A stretch of 64,000 nucleotides of DNA from Trichosphaerium sp. ATCC 40318 (GCA_038496445.1 JALMLS010000072.1:1-64000), one strand, 5' to 3'. Shown: positions 40,460 through 58,054, numbered from the stretch's first letter. A program made the numbers and translations. The notes: generated by a model not told the origin, from the sequence alone.

Positions 40460-42246
40460 TAGTTCCTTCAATCAGTATTAAAGGTGGAGAGGCTTTACAG
40501 CTGTCAATTGACGATCCAAGCGTCGTATTGGTAAATGCTGGTGATCCAGTTCCTCTAGCAAAGAAGTATGGTATTATTGGCGAAATAACAGTTTTTGACT
40601 TGGATGCTTCCATGGGCACTGGATCAAACGAATCGACCATCAAATCATTACTCAAGCTTGCAAATTGTAGAGTAGGAGGTGGTATTAACACTGTGAAAGC
40701 AGGTATTGATTGGTTGAACGCTGGAGGTAAGCAACTCGTTTGTTGTTGGCCAAGAGTACTTATGTTTTCTGTAGCCTTCAAGATAATTCTTGGGACCGCA
40801 TCAACTCCTGAAATTCTTGCAATGCTTCCTAAAGATAGAGTGGTCTCATCTTTAAAAGTAATGACAGGAGAAAATGAGGTCAGCAGCTGGAAGACTGATG
40901 ACGGCAAACTCTTTATTGAAAAACTTGAAGAACTCAAACCGTTCGTCTCTGGATTCCTCGTTACCTTTATTGAACACGAAAGGCGTATGGAAGGTATGGC
41001 CATAAATAAGTACAGCGCATTGTTCTAAGTTACATGATAAAGGGATTGATGTCACAATGGTGAGAAAACTGAAAGAAGCTGTTGGCAAAGCTCATGAATT
41101 AACTGTCGCTGGAGGCATTTCATCTGTTGGTGAAGTCAAATCTCTTGCTGACATGAAAGTACGACAATACAGTCTCGACGAAGACGCTTTTACTAAATTA
41201 TATTACTTTTTAGGTCAAAGCTCAAGTCGGTATGGCCATACACACAGGAAAGCTAAACCTAGGCGAGGCGTTTGGTAGCCTTATCATTTCTGATCGTCCG
41301 GATGGTTTGTTCCCAACCGTAGTCGTTAATGAGTACCAGCAAGCTCTTGGTTTTGTGTATTCGTCGAAAGAGAGTATAGCAAAAGCCGTGGAGATGCAAG
41401 CAGGTGTTTACTGGTCTAGAAAACGAGGACTTTGGATTAAGGTAAAAATCATTGATTCAAATTTTCATTGTTGACATCATTCAACTGCAGGGTCTCACTT
41501 CTGGTGCCACGCAAAAGCTCATTAGTATAAAAACCGATTGTGATACCGATTCTCTATGCTTTGTAGTCGAACAAAAAGGTACTAAAATAGCCCAAGAGCC
41601 TTCCTCGGAAACTCATCCCTTTTGTAGACCCTGGATTTTGTCACTTGAACAGAATGTCATGTTTTGGTCGTGGTACTGGTTTACCAGATCTCATGAATAC
41701 CCTAGAAAACAGGTACCATCATTAACAAGTTTAGTATCACATTAACATGTTTTTAAGGAAAATAAACGCACCCAAGGGATCGTACACAAAGAGACTTTTC
41801 GATGACCCTAAACTGCTTGATGCCAAAATTTTGGAAGAAGCCAATGAACTTATTGATGCTACAGAGAGAGAAAATATGATCGGTGAAGCCGCCGATGTTA
41901 TATACTTTACACTTGTCAAATGTGCCAAACACAACATTTCGTTGACGGACGTGGAAAAAGGTGCGGAAATTGTTTTGGAATTTTTTTTTGCGGAGAAATT
42001 TTGTCCCTGGTTTCTTTCTGACGTAACAATTTGTACCACACCATACGAGGCGTAGTTTGACTAGATTATCATTAAAATAGTCGTATGATGGGCTTTTAAA
42101 GGCGGTTTTAAAGTATTTTATCTAATAAGCCTTTAGAACTCGACAGACGCGCTAGAAAAGTATCTCGTAGAAAAGGAGACGCTAAGGAACATATTGTAAA
42201 ACAATTAGAAGCACACAGAAAACAACAACAAGAAGAATCTAAATAA
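40456..42246 (+). CDS. hisIE: HisA-like TIM barrel fused to PR-AMP cyclohydrolase (HisI) and PR-ATP pyrophosphatase (HisE), 8 exons
   Basis: TIM barrel: DLDASMG, RVGGGI, ILGTA, TVAGGI, VGMAIHTG. HisI: YWSRKRGLWIKGLTSG, DCDTD, FCH, SCF. HisE: GSYTKRLF, KILEEANEL, EAADVIYF, RRKGDAK. Confidence 0.93.
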
Positions 42247-44973
42247 TGGCAACAAGAAACCTTAAAATCGTTACAGAAAGCGACGTAGCTGCTATTAGCA
42301 CTAAAACTGATCCTGTCAGCCCAGAAACACTCGGTAAAGCCGCACAAATCGTCGCAGACGTTCGCAAACGTGGTGATGAGGCTTTACAAGAGTATGCCGT
42401 TAAATTTGGAGACCTGAAGGTATGAATCACTTTCAAAACGCTGTGCGTTCACACTTTTCGCTAAACATCGTCATCAGGAAGGCGAAAGCATGATAGTTCC
42501 AAAGGAGGACCTCAAAAAAGCCTTTGAAGCTCTAGACAAAGAACAACAAGAAATGTTGAATCGCGTTGCCTCGAGGTATTTTTTTGGCCTACTTTTTTTG
42601 AATTGAAAGTTTTTTTCAAATGTTTCCACGTGTCTAACCCTTGTTAAGGATCAGAACCTTTGCGCAAGCACAGAGAAGTAGTGTCACAAACATGACACAA
42701 CAAATTGACGGTGGAAGCGCTGGGCACTATGTTGATCCAGTAGAATCTGCCGGTTGTTATGCACCAGTACGCCATTATTCATTTTTAATTGCTCGAGTCT
42801 AATGTACGATTAAGGGTGGTCGCTACCCATTGCCTTCGAGCGTGTTGATGACATGTATTACCGCACGTGTTGCTGGCGTTAAGAACGTTTGGGTCGCTTC
42901 TCCAAAGCCACAACAAATCACAAAGGTAGGCTATTTTAAATCAAGTCTCAGAGTCTTACTTTCATTAGGCTGCTGCATATGTCGCTAACGCAGATTCTCT
43001 TCTTTGTGTTGGCGGAGCTCAAGCCATCGCTGCTTTGGCTCACGGCACAGCTACCATTCCAGCATGTGATGCAGTAGTAGGACCAGGAAATGCTTTTGTA
43101 ACTGGTACACACTTATTTTTCTCATTACTGGATTAATTTCTGTTTTAGCTGCCAAACAACTCATTGCTGGTAACGTTGCTATCGATACCTTGGCTGGGCC
43201 TTCAGAATGCTTAGTAATCGCTGACGAACAGGCAAACCCAGCAATCGTAGCTGCTGACCTTTTGGCTCAGGCTGAACACGATACTGACGCTAGAGCTATA
43301 CTCATTGCGCTTTCTCAAAAAGTAGCTGATGATGTTGACGCAGAGATCTCAAAGCAACTCGAGACCCTCCCTACAAAAGAAGTCGCTGCTGCAGCTTTAA
43401 AGAACAGTTTCTGTCTTATTGCTAAATCAAGAGAAGATGCTGCCAAACTCGCAAATCAAATCGCCCCAGAGCACTTAGAACTCCACGTTCAGCGTACACA
43501 CGAACTTGAGCGCAAAGTACAACACTACGGTGGTCTATTTATCGGTCAAGGCGCAGGCGAAGTCCTTGGTGATTACGGTGCTGGTCCAAACCACGTACTA
43601 CCAACACGTGGAGCAGCACGTTCTTCTGGCGGTCTATCAGTTTTCACATTTTTGCGTATTCGCACGTGGATGAATATTACAAATCTTCATGGTACGTAAA
43701 TTCTCCAAGAGTTTTGGTTTCTTCGTATGCTTTGTACTGGATTAACGTGTTTCCTTTAGCTGCAGAAAAGCAAATTAACGATAGTGTTATGCTTGCTCGC
43801 TTAGAAGGTCTTGAAGGACATGCTAGAGCCGCTGAGAAGCGTCTAGAACTCGTTAAAGATGAAAGTGTTCTTCCACCATCTGTTCTCAGAATGGGACTAC
43901 CAAAGGGAAGAATGGAACAACAGCTCATTAAGATTCTAGGAGGTACGCTTGTTTTTGAGTTTGTAGCGGTGTTTTTTTCCCTTTTTCTAAGATTGGATTG
44001 TAGACGGCGGTATTAAGATTGAAGTACCACCTAGAGGTTACAGACCTTCTATTTCACTAGACGGTGTTGATGTAAAGATGCTCAAGCCTAGAAATATTGT
44101 TGAAATGATCTCCGTCGGTTCTCGTGACGTTGGTTTTAGTGGCAGAGATCTTGTCGAAGAATTAAATGCTAATGTCAAGTTTGAAATGGATCTCAAGCTC
44201 AACCCAGTCAAGATAGTAGCAGCCGCACCTCATGATTTATTGGTTCAAGACGCAAACGCACCACATGGATGGAGACTTAAGGACTTGAATAGAGTACGTT
44301 TCTACTCAACAATTTTGAGATACTAATTTTACTATTTTTTAGCCATACCGTGTTGCCACTGAATACACTACCATTACTGCAAAGTGGATTAAAGAAAACA
44401 ATCTCAATGCTACCCTCGTACACACTCGTGGATCTACCGAGGTGTTCCCACCAGAGGATGCTGACTTTATTGTCGACAACACAGCAACTGGCTCTACACT
44501 GAAGGCTAATAAGCTAGAAATCTTTGACATCTTAATGAGATCTACTACTTGTATGTTCTCTAACGCCGAAGCTTCTGAAGACCCTCACAAGCGTAAGATC
44601 ATTGATACACTGAAATCTACCATAGAAGCAGGTACGCGAGTTACTACACACGTTTTTGTTTTCAGCAACTAAATGTTGCATTAGTTCTCACTGCTAGACC
44701 ACGCTACATGTGCGAATTCCATCTTGAAGAACACAGACTCGAAAGCGCATTGGTAACACTGCCTTGCATGCGGTCACCTACCGTTCACCAACTTGTTGGC
44801 GACAAGAACGGTTACTCTCTAAGAATCTGTTCAGACATGGTACATCTCTATCTTTACTGTTAATGTCTTCAAACCTAACAAATACTTAGAACCCACACAA
44901 ACTCATCAAAGCAATTAAAAGAGCTGGAGGACAAGATATAGTCATAACTAAGCCGCTTTTCGTCATCCCATAA
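42246..44973 (+). CDS. hisD-hisG: Histidinol dehydrogenase (HisD) fused in frame to long-form ATP phosphoribosyltransferase (HisG), 11 exons
   Basis: HisD: [78 protein letters not shown]. Then HisG: [48 protein letters not shown], and a C-terminal regulatory domain. Confidence 0.93.
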
Positions 44974-45057
44974 GACCCACGATAATACAAAAAACCAAAT
45001 AAAAAAACCCAAAAACCATTTAAAAAAATACAACATAAAAAAAAAGCCAACCATCAA

Positions 45058-47424
45058 ATGAGCGATAATTCACTTGACTTTATCCGACAAGACCTACCAG
45101 ACCTCAAGGTCTACTCCCCAATCAAGCCTCTGGAAGACAGAGCCGTTCAATTTGGCTTCTCAGTCGAGGCACGTGCACAAAATCAAAAAAAAAACTGGGC
45201 TTCGAAATTAACTGAAAGAAATAGGAGCTAGCCAAATTGGATGCCAACGAAAACGCTCACGGCCCACCTAAGGGTCTCGTAGAGAAACTTAAAACTATCA
45301 ACTATCACATTTACCCTGATCCAAGCCAAATCAAGCTTCGCGAAGGACTATCAGCAGTGGCTGGCATTCCTGCAGATCAAATCGTTGCTGGCGCTGGCGC
45401 TGACGAATCAATTGATTTGGTACTCAAAGTAGTTGGTCCAAACCGACCAATTATCATTACAAGTCCTACATTCTCAATGTACAAGTACTTTTCGGTACCA
45501 TACAATCAAAGTGTCATTAACGTGCAAAGGCTAAGTACGTTCAAACTTTTCGTGTATTTTTTTTTGGGTTGCAAGTATTCTCGTTTCTTGAATCTTGTTC
45601 TCTAGCTCACTTCTACTATTTAGTGCCTAGCTTTGAATTGGATGTACCAGGTATAATTAAGGCCATTAACGAGCACAAACCTGGCGCTGTATTCATTACG
45701 AATCCAAACAACCCTACTGGCAACATTGTAAAAGATGATGTCATAGTACAGCTCTGTGCAGTATGCAAAAAAACAAATTTATCCATCTATTCTCGCGTCT
45801 AACATGTCATCGAAATAGGAAAGCCGAAAGACTCGTACACTTGTTGTTATAGATGAGGCGTATTGCGAATTTGGTGGAAATGACTGTGTACCTTTATTGA
45901 AAGATAATGCCAACTTGGTCCTCTTACGGACATTCAGGTATGTCTATTGATGCAATTTTATTCAAATTCCTTTACTAAGCAAGCTTAGCAAATGGTCAGG
46001 ACTAGCTGGCTTACGCATTGGATACTCCATAAGCGCAAAGGCAATCGCCAATGTAATGATGTCTATCAAACAACCATACAACATTAGTGTTGCTGCTGAT
46101 GTTGCGGGACGCTACGCTCTAGAAAAGCGTGATGAACTTCTGGCCACCTGCGCTCAATTAATGTACGACTATTATAAAATACATCCTTGCCTTACAAAGT
46201 TATAGTAAGGAACGAGATCGCATGGTATCTCTGCTTGCTGAATTTTCCGATTTGATTCAACCGCTCCCAACGTACTCTAATTTTGTTCTATTCACTGTCA
46301 CTGGCGGCAATAAAGTTGCAAAACAACTACATGATGACTTGGAAAGACTTGGAGTGCTTATACGGTACTATGGCGGCAAACCAATCCTACAAAACTACAT
46401 CAGGTAATTTTTTTGACAACAAAAAACACTAAAGAACACCAGTCACGACTATCAAACTCACTTTTTTTAGAATATCTGCTGGACGCTCTGGAGATACTGA
46501 CAAGCTCATAGCGGCAATGCGATTGCTCCGCGATTCAAAAATACGAGAGAAAGTGACGAAACCAAAGGCCGTAAGTCCTGTTGCCAATACGAATTTGCTT
46601 TAGCTGCAATATCATAGTTTTTTATTTCTTATTCTATTGCTTAGATAATATTTGACATGGATGGTGTTTTGGCTGAAGTGTCGTCCTCATACCGTCAAGC
46701 GATCATCCACACTTGCAAGCATTTTGGAGCGAATATCACACGTGATGACATTGCTGAAAAGAAGGCATCTTCTGGTTTCAATAATGACTGGGATTTATCT
46801 CTTGCACTTATCACTGAACATGTTAAAGAAAATGTGCCATCTTTCCAACAAGTCAAAGATGTATTCCAAGACCTTTACCTTGGCACTGACGAAAAAAAGG
46901 GATTCTACACAACAGAGTCTCTCATACCTTCTAAATCCTTACTGGCATTTTGTGCTAACAAGGTACCACTTGCTATTGTAACTGGAAGACCAAAGGACGA
47001 AGCAAAACTGTACGCTCAAATTGAAAATCAAAAACACAAATTCTTATGTTTTGTTTTAGGTTCCTAGATCTATACGGCATTGGTGACTACTTCGGTCATG
47101 CAGTGTGTATGGAAGATACAGAAAAAGGCAAACCTGATCCTCAACCCGTTAAAAAAGCTCTGGATCTTCTTGGAATCACAGCAGGCAAAGATGGTGCGCG
47201 TTTTGTTCTACAAACCAACATTGACATTTTCATTTTTAGTAATCATGATTGGTGACACTCCGGATGACTCAAGAGCAGCTGTTGCAGCTGGGATAGTCGG
47301 ACTGGGTATTTTACCACCACATGATAAGGCAAACAAAAAACTTGCTGCTGTAATGACATCAGATAGTGTTGGTGCTACCTACGTTCTCCAAGACTTGAAT
47401 GAATTGCGACTACTCTTGTCGTAA
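45058..47424 (+). CDS. hisC: Histidinol-phosphate aminotransferase (HisC) fused to a HAD-family phosphatase (putative histidinol-phosphatase), 10 exons
   Basis: HisC: KLDANEN, YPDP, GAGADESI, NPNNPTG, VIDEAY, RTFSKWSGLAGLRIGY, SNFVLF, YIRISAG. HAD: IIFDMDGVL, IVTGRP, KPDP, MIGDTPDD. Confidence 0.93.
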
Positions 47425-48443
47425 ATAAAAAACAATTTTTCTTTCAACGAGTCTTTCATTGGTTTTTCGTATATTACAGGCCATTTACACTGTCTCGTTC
47501 GCATTTCACATTGCTGGTCACCAAAAAGCAACTGAGACAATCCAAGTACTTCTTTGTGTAACAAACGTGAAGGTGTTTACGTTCCTCAAACACACCAAAC
47601 TCAAAGTGGGGTATTTCCGTGTAGAAAAGAGCAACAAGAATTACTGTTGGTTAATTTGAATTTATTACTATTATTGTGGTTAATTACTAGTATTTGTAAT
47701 ATTCAAGTACGCTGCAGTTTTCAAAGTAAAGGCGATTGGTCATAAATCTACAACCTCACGCTATTCGTTTGCTGGAAACTACTTTTGTATTGAGTCAGGA
47801 ATAGCTTGTGAAACATTGGGAATTTTCAGTTGTTGTGGAGTTTGTCGGAGCGTATCGATCAACATCACACTTCCAGAACGCGCAATTATAGATCAACCAA
47901 TAATGATACAAGGTGATCTTAATATTGTCAGTCAGGCAACACGCTCTTCCTGTAATAAGTAGGTACTTTAGGTGCAAGGTGGCCGTTGTTTGTTTTCGTG
48001 CATAGTTTTTATTCAGGAGCGTATCTAGTTTTAAGCACAACGCATTGACTGCTATAATGCAGCGACGTTAGGGTATTTTTAGCAAACATACCTGGTGCTA
48101 ACACTACCGAGTACATGCTTGCATGGCTACATGCGTTCTGTGCCAGTTCCTAACAAATGCAAGAAAATTCTGATTTTTACCATTTTCAATTTTTGAGGTC
48201 AGAATTTTTCATGAGATTTTCTCACGAACACCAACAGGTACATGACCCAATCCTCTGGTACAAACATTCAACACCCTATGCTAACATATCAGATGTATGC
48301 CTTTTGTGAAAAAGTAGTTCTTGGTGCACAAACGCTAACTTTTTGTACAGTTGCACGGCAAAAAATTTTTTGCAATGTCACATTTTTCGATTTTTGGCAT
48401 CACTGACCTCTCCACCATGCATAAAACGTTGCAAAAAGGTATT

Positions 48444-48514
48444 GGGCCTTGCCTGGAATCGAACCAGGGCCACTTGAACCCAAATCAAGTATTTTACCAC
48501 TTAACTACAAGGCC
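48444..48514 (-). tRNA. tRNA-Pro(UGG)
   Basis: Minus strand GGCCTTG..CAAGGCC acceptor stem, anticodon arm CTTGA-TTTGGGT-TCAAG, T-arm CCTGGTTCGATTCCAGG, and a downstream T5 Pol III terminator. Confidence 0.93.
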
Positions 48515-49088
48515 GTTATTGATAGTTATAACCTTGCCAAAAACTTTTGTTCCAAAAAATTACTAGCAAAACTCGAATATTGGTACCTTCAATTTGCTTG
48601 AAACCGCCTGTATCCGCTTTAATTAACTGCGCCATAATATATTTGAATATAGTAATCACTTTATACGCTCATTACGGTTCATACAACTTTTGTTTTCTAC
48701 AAAAACGTTAATTTAACCCTAAAACGCTTTAAATATTATTAGTAACGTACGTTAGTAACAAATGAAGACACGCTGTGGGTTAGATAGAATTAAAAACGTA
48801 TTTAATTGTGATCCAAAAAAAAGTCAATGACAATCTTAACCAGCGCCACTACATTGATTCCAATAGGCTAAACACTTAAATTAGTGCGTTTAAAAGACAT
48901 TGAAAGGTTTGAACGCGTAAATTATGCCTGTATAGCACAGAAAGTTTAAACATTGCATGTACAGCAATACCTACGCGTAGCGATGCAAAAAAGGAAGGTT
49001 TAAAACGCTTCTGTAGAGTAGCGAGATTTCTTGTTGAAATTTGGGATTTTTTATGTACAAGTTTATTTTATTGTTTTTTTACAACCTT

Positions 49089-55166
<6,078 letters not shown>

Positions 55167-55764
55167 TCTTGGGAGGTTGTAAAATAATGGTCAGGTGCTA
55201 ATATTGACTTGTCAAAAAATTCCGAGCCAAGCACTGAATATCTCAGAAAATTTCTCAGTATGTCCCTCACGTGGCAATATGTAGCAAGATTTCAAGAATT
55301 CTATGAAGCCATCCGATGAAGTTGTGGAGCACAACATAAAAAGTTATGCCTCGCAAGGTATTTGGTTTGTAAAAAGATAATAACGCATGATGCATTTTCT
55401 AAATCCAGATGAGTTACCCATACCCGATATCTATAAAACACATTAGTGGTAGTCCCATTTTTGAGTTCGTTATTGCTCATAACCTAAACCATTTCCATGC
55501 CTCATATTTTGTATGAAGTGTCTAGCAGGTAAGCAAATCATCTTTTGCTGGTTAAAACGAAGCTACTGCTCATGGTGATGAACAAAAAAAGCTCAAAATG
55601 AGTTTATCATTATAATCTTTTTTATAGAAAACGACAACAAGGAGGACGATATCGTCCGTCTTGAGATCCGTACAAGGAGGTTTTTTTTTTGTTATTTACT
55701 GAATTTTTGACATTTGGATTTTTCTTTACAACTTTTTTCTCGAACTGTCTCTTCTTTTTTTTCT

Positions 55765-58054
55765 TTATGTGCTACATTGAGTCAAGTCTCTAAATAATCG
55801 CTTTTGCATATAAAATAGTAGATACCTAAAACAGGTTAGACATAAAAAAGTACAGAGATGAGAAAAAAATGTGTTTTTTCGTAAAAAAATACCCTTCTTT
55901 CTTTAAAACATCTTCTGCTGAAATTTGTGTTACGAATCTATCATTACACTCAAACCATGCATTATTTTGACAAACACAAGACACATAGTGTCCTGTTTCT
56001 AGTTTTCCAATATGATTTACAACAGAAATCAATGTAAATTGGCAATCTGTAATTGAATTAAAACTTAAAATACACTTGTTTCAAAAAAAATACTGTCTTA
56101 CCTTGTTGCCTGTCAGAGTTCTCCATCATGTATGGAGTCTACACTTACATAAGTACGATAAAACAGATAACGGTTGAAAAAGGGGAAAGAGTGCGCACCA
56201 TGTCGAGGTTCATATCAAAAGTCACTTTAGTATCAACTTTTGCATATCCACCACTGTTGTTCTGGAAAAAGCGCTACATGCGCTCATAAGAAAAAATAAC
56301 AATCGTCAATGTTACCTTGAAGTGTACGCAAAGAACTTGTGGACAACTTGAAAGGCTGAGACGTTTTACAGCCGAGGCTTTTTCTTTACATGTACGGCAC
56401 ATTATTTTTTCGTTTAGTTTTTCTGGTCGTGTGAACCTATAGTTATTAATACCAATATTTACTAAATTGATAGCCTGACATACTTGTTAAGACATTGTAG
56501 TAGAGACACTGATCCTTTTTCGTCATCTGGTCTTAACTCTACACATACAATAAGTTCGAACTGCAATCTTATAATTTTCTGATTTTTAGTACTTGGAATA
56601 TTTAGCGACAGGTCTAAGATAGGGTCCACAGTAGTTGATTGTTGGTTACAACTTTGACATATTATAGTAGAGCTTTATGAATAGTGTATTAGTATGTAAA
56701 AGAAATAAAAATGAGATGAGTACTTTAGATGTCCTAAGAAAACCTTTCCAACTCCTTTACCAGGTTGGCTCTTCCCTCCTGGGTTAGAGCTATCTGCAAT
56801 ATTTGATAGTGTTGATATCAAAAACTCATGTGCATCCTGTTGAGCATATCCAGCTAAGTTCTTTGCATTTTGCCATACGCTGAACAACTGTGAAAGTCAA
56901 GGTTAAAAGTTGTGTAAAAAACTTTGAAGAGGTCCAAGGATACGAATTGATGAGGCGAGTAGGGTGTTCTTATACCCTTGAATATATCTACAAAAACCCG
57001 TTGCAAGTCACATTCTAAGCACGATGGCTAAGTAAGGAATTAGTAATCATGTGATACGCACATGTTTTCCCAAAGTTGAAATTCAAAAAAAAAATCTGTT
57101 TGACATACCTTTGCACAAGTGTCAGGATTGTGCTGTTTTGATAAATAGTAGTTTCTCATTGGAGGATTATGTACAAAAGATTGTAATACAGCATTCATAA
57201 AACATGTGTTACCAAGGTTTGATATACCTCTAAGACCCTGAAGAGAAGGAGGAGCTAACGATGTATAAAAGTTATTGGGCGTGAACTTTTGGTTAAGGTG
57301 TGACCCATCTACAAACATTAGAAAGCAGCCATTACTGGTATTCGACGATAAAAATGATTGACGTTGTATCAAAGAGTAAATAAGGGCACTTAAGCGTGTT
57401 GTTGACGCGTACGTCAACGAATTTCCCAAAAAGCAAAAAAAAGTTGTTTTTGTCATGTAACCGTTTTTAATTTCAACCCAATAAAAACGATTGGATATGA
57501 ATGGGAGGTATCGTAGCGTACTTGTTTTCTCTGTTATTTGTACGATATTATGTCCTTGTCTACAAAGTATACGTTCAATCTCCTCATCGTATATGTAGTC
57601 ACCGCATGCACGGCAAAACACTTGATAATAATTTACATCAATGCCTAGAGCGTCATAAGAGTGTCACACTTTTTTTAATATTTTAATTCATCATAAAATT
57701 AATATTTGAGTGGCCCATACGCCTGTTTGTTGTGCAGTAATGTTGGTTTTAAAACGTACCAAGATTATGACCAGATTCGTTAAAGTGGGCTTCTAAGTGG
57801 CCCTTTGATCGACAACCAATGAAAGTACACTGTAGGCATGCGTGTAGGCGACCGCTAAGTGACTTACAGGCACAGCATCGTGGAATTGGAGTCTAACATG
57901 AATTGGCATTCCTAGCACTGTTGTTGCGTACCCGGTTATGGTCTAGAGCAGCATGCTTGTTGGCTTGTAGATACAGCGACAAATTATTAAAAGGTTGAAG
58001 TCCACCTTTTTTATACGCTGCAATATGGCTACAACCGTCTCTTCGTTTTGCCAT
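55765..58054 (-). CDS. USP22/27/51 (Ubp8)-like ubiquitin-specific protease with N-terminal zf-UBP, multi-exon
   Basis: CSH start, HACLQCTFIGC, FCRACGDYIYD; Cys box GISNLGNTCFMNAVLQ; LAGYAQQDAHEFL; His box NHIGKLETGHYV, WFECND. Confidence 0.9.

Noticed and set aside
40419-41003. Long antisense ORFs in the ORF track (this 194-aa one and similar)
   Set aside because: They are shadows of well-supported genes on the opposite strand and carry no motifs of their own.
37500-47424. His cluster as bacterial contamination or an endosymbiont contig
   Set aside because: Every gene is interrupted by spliceosomal introns with the same donor and branch signals as the flanking eukaryotic genes.
47425-48440. 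Gene or ncRNA between the his cluster and tRNA-Pro (short ORFs; partial pairing of 47941-47952 with 48014-48022)
   Set aside because: No recognisable protein motif, no consistent splice model and only weak pairing.
55303-55446. Tiny spliced ORF MKPSDEVVEHNIKSYASQDELPIPDIYKTH
   Set aside because: About 30 aa with no motif; it could arise by chance between ABCC and the USP gene.
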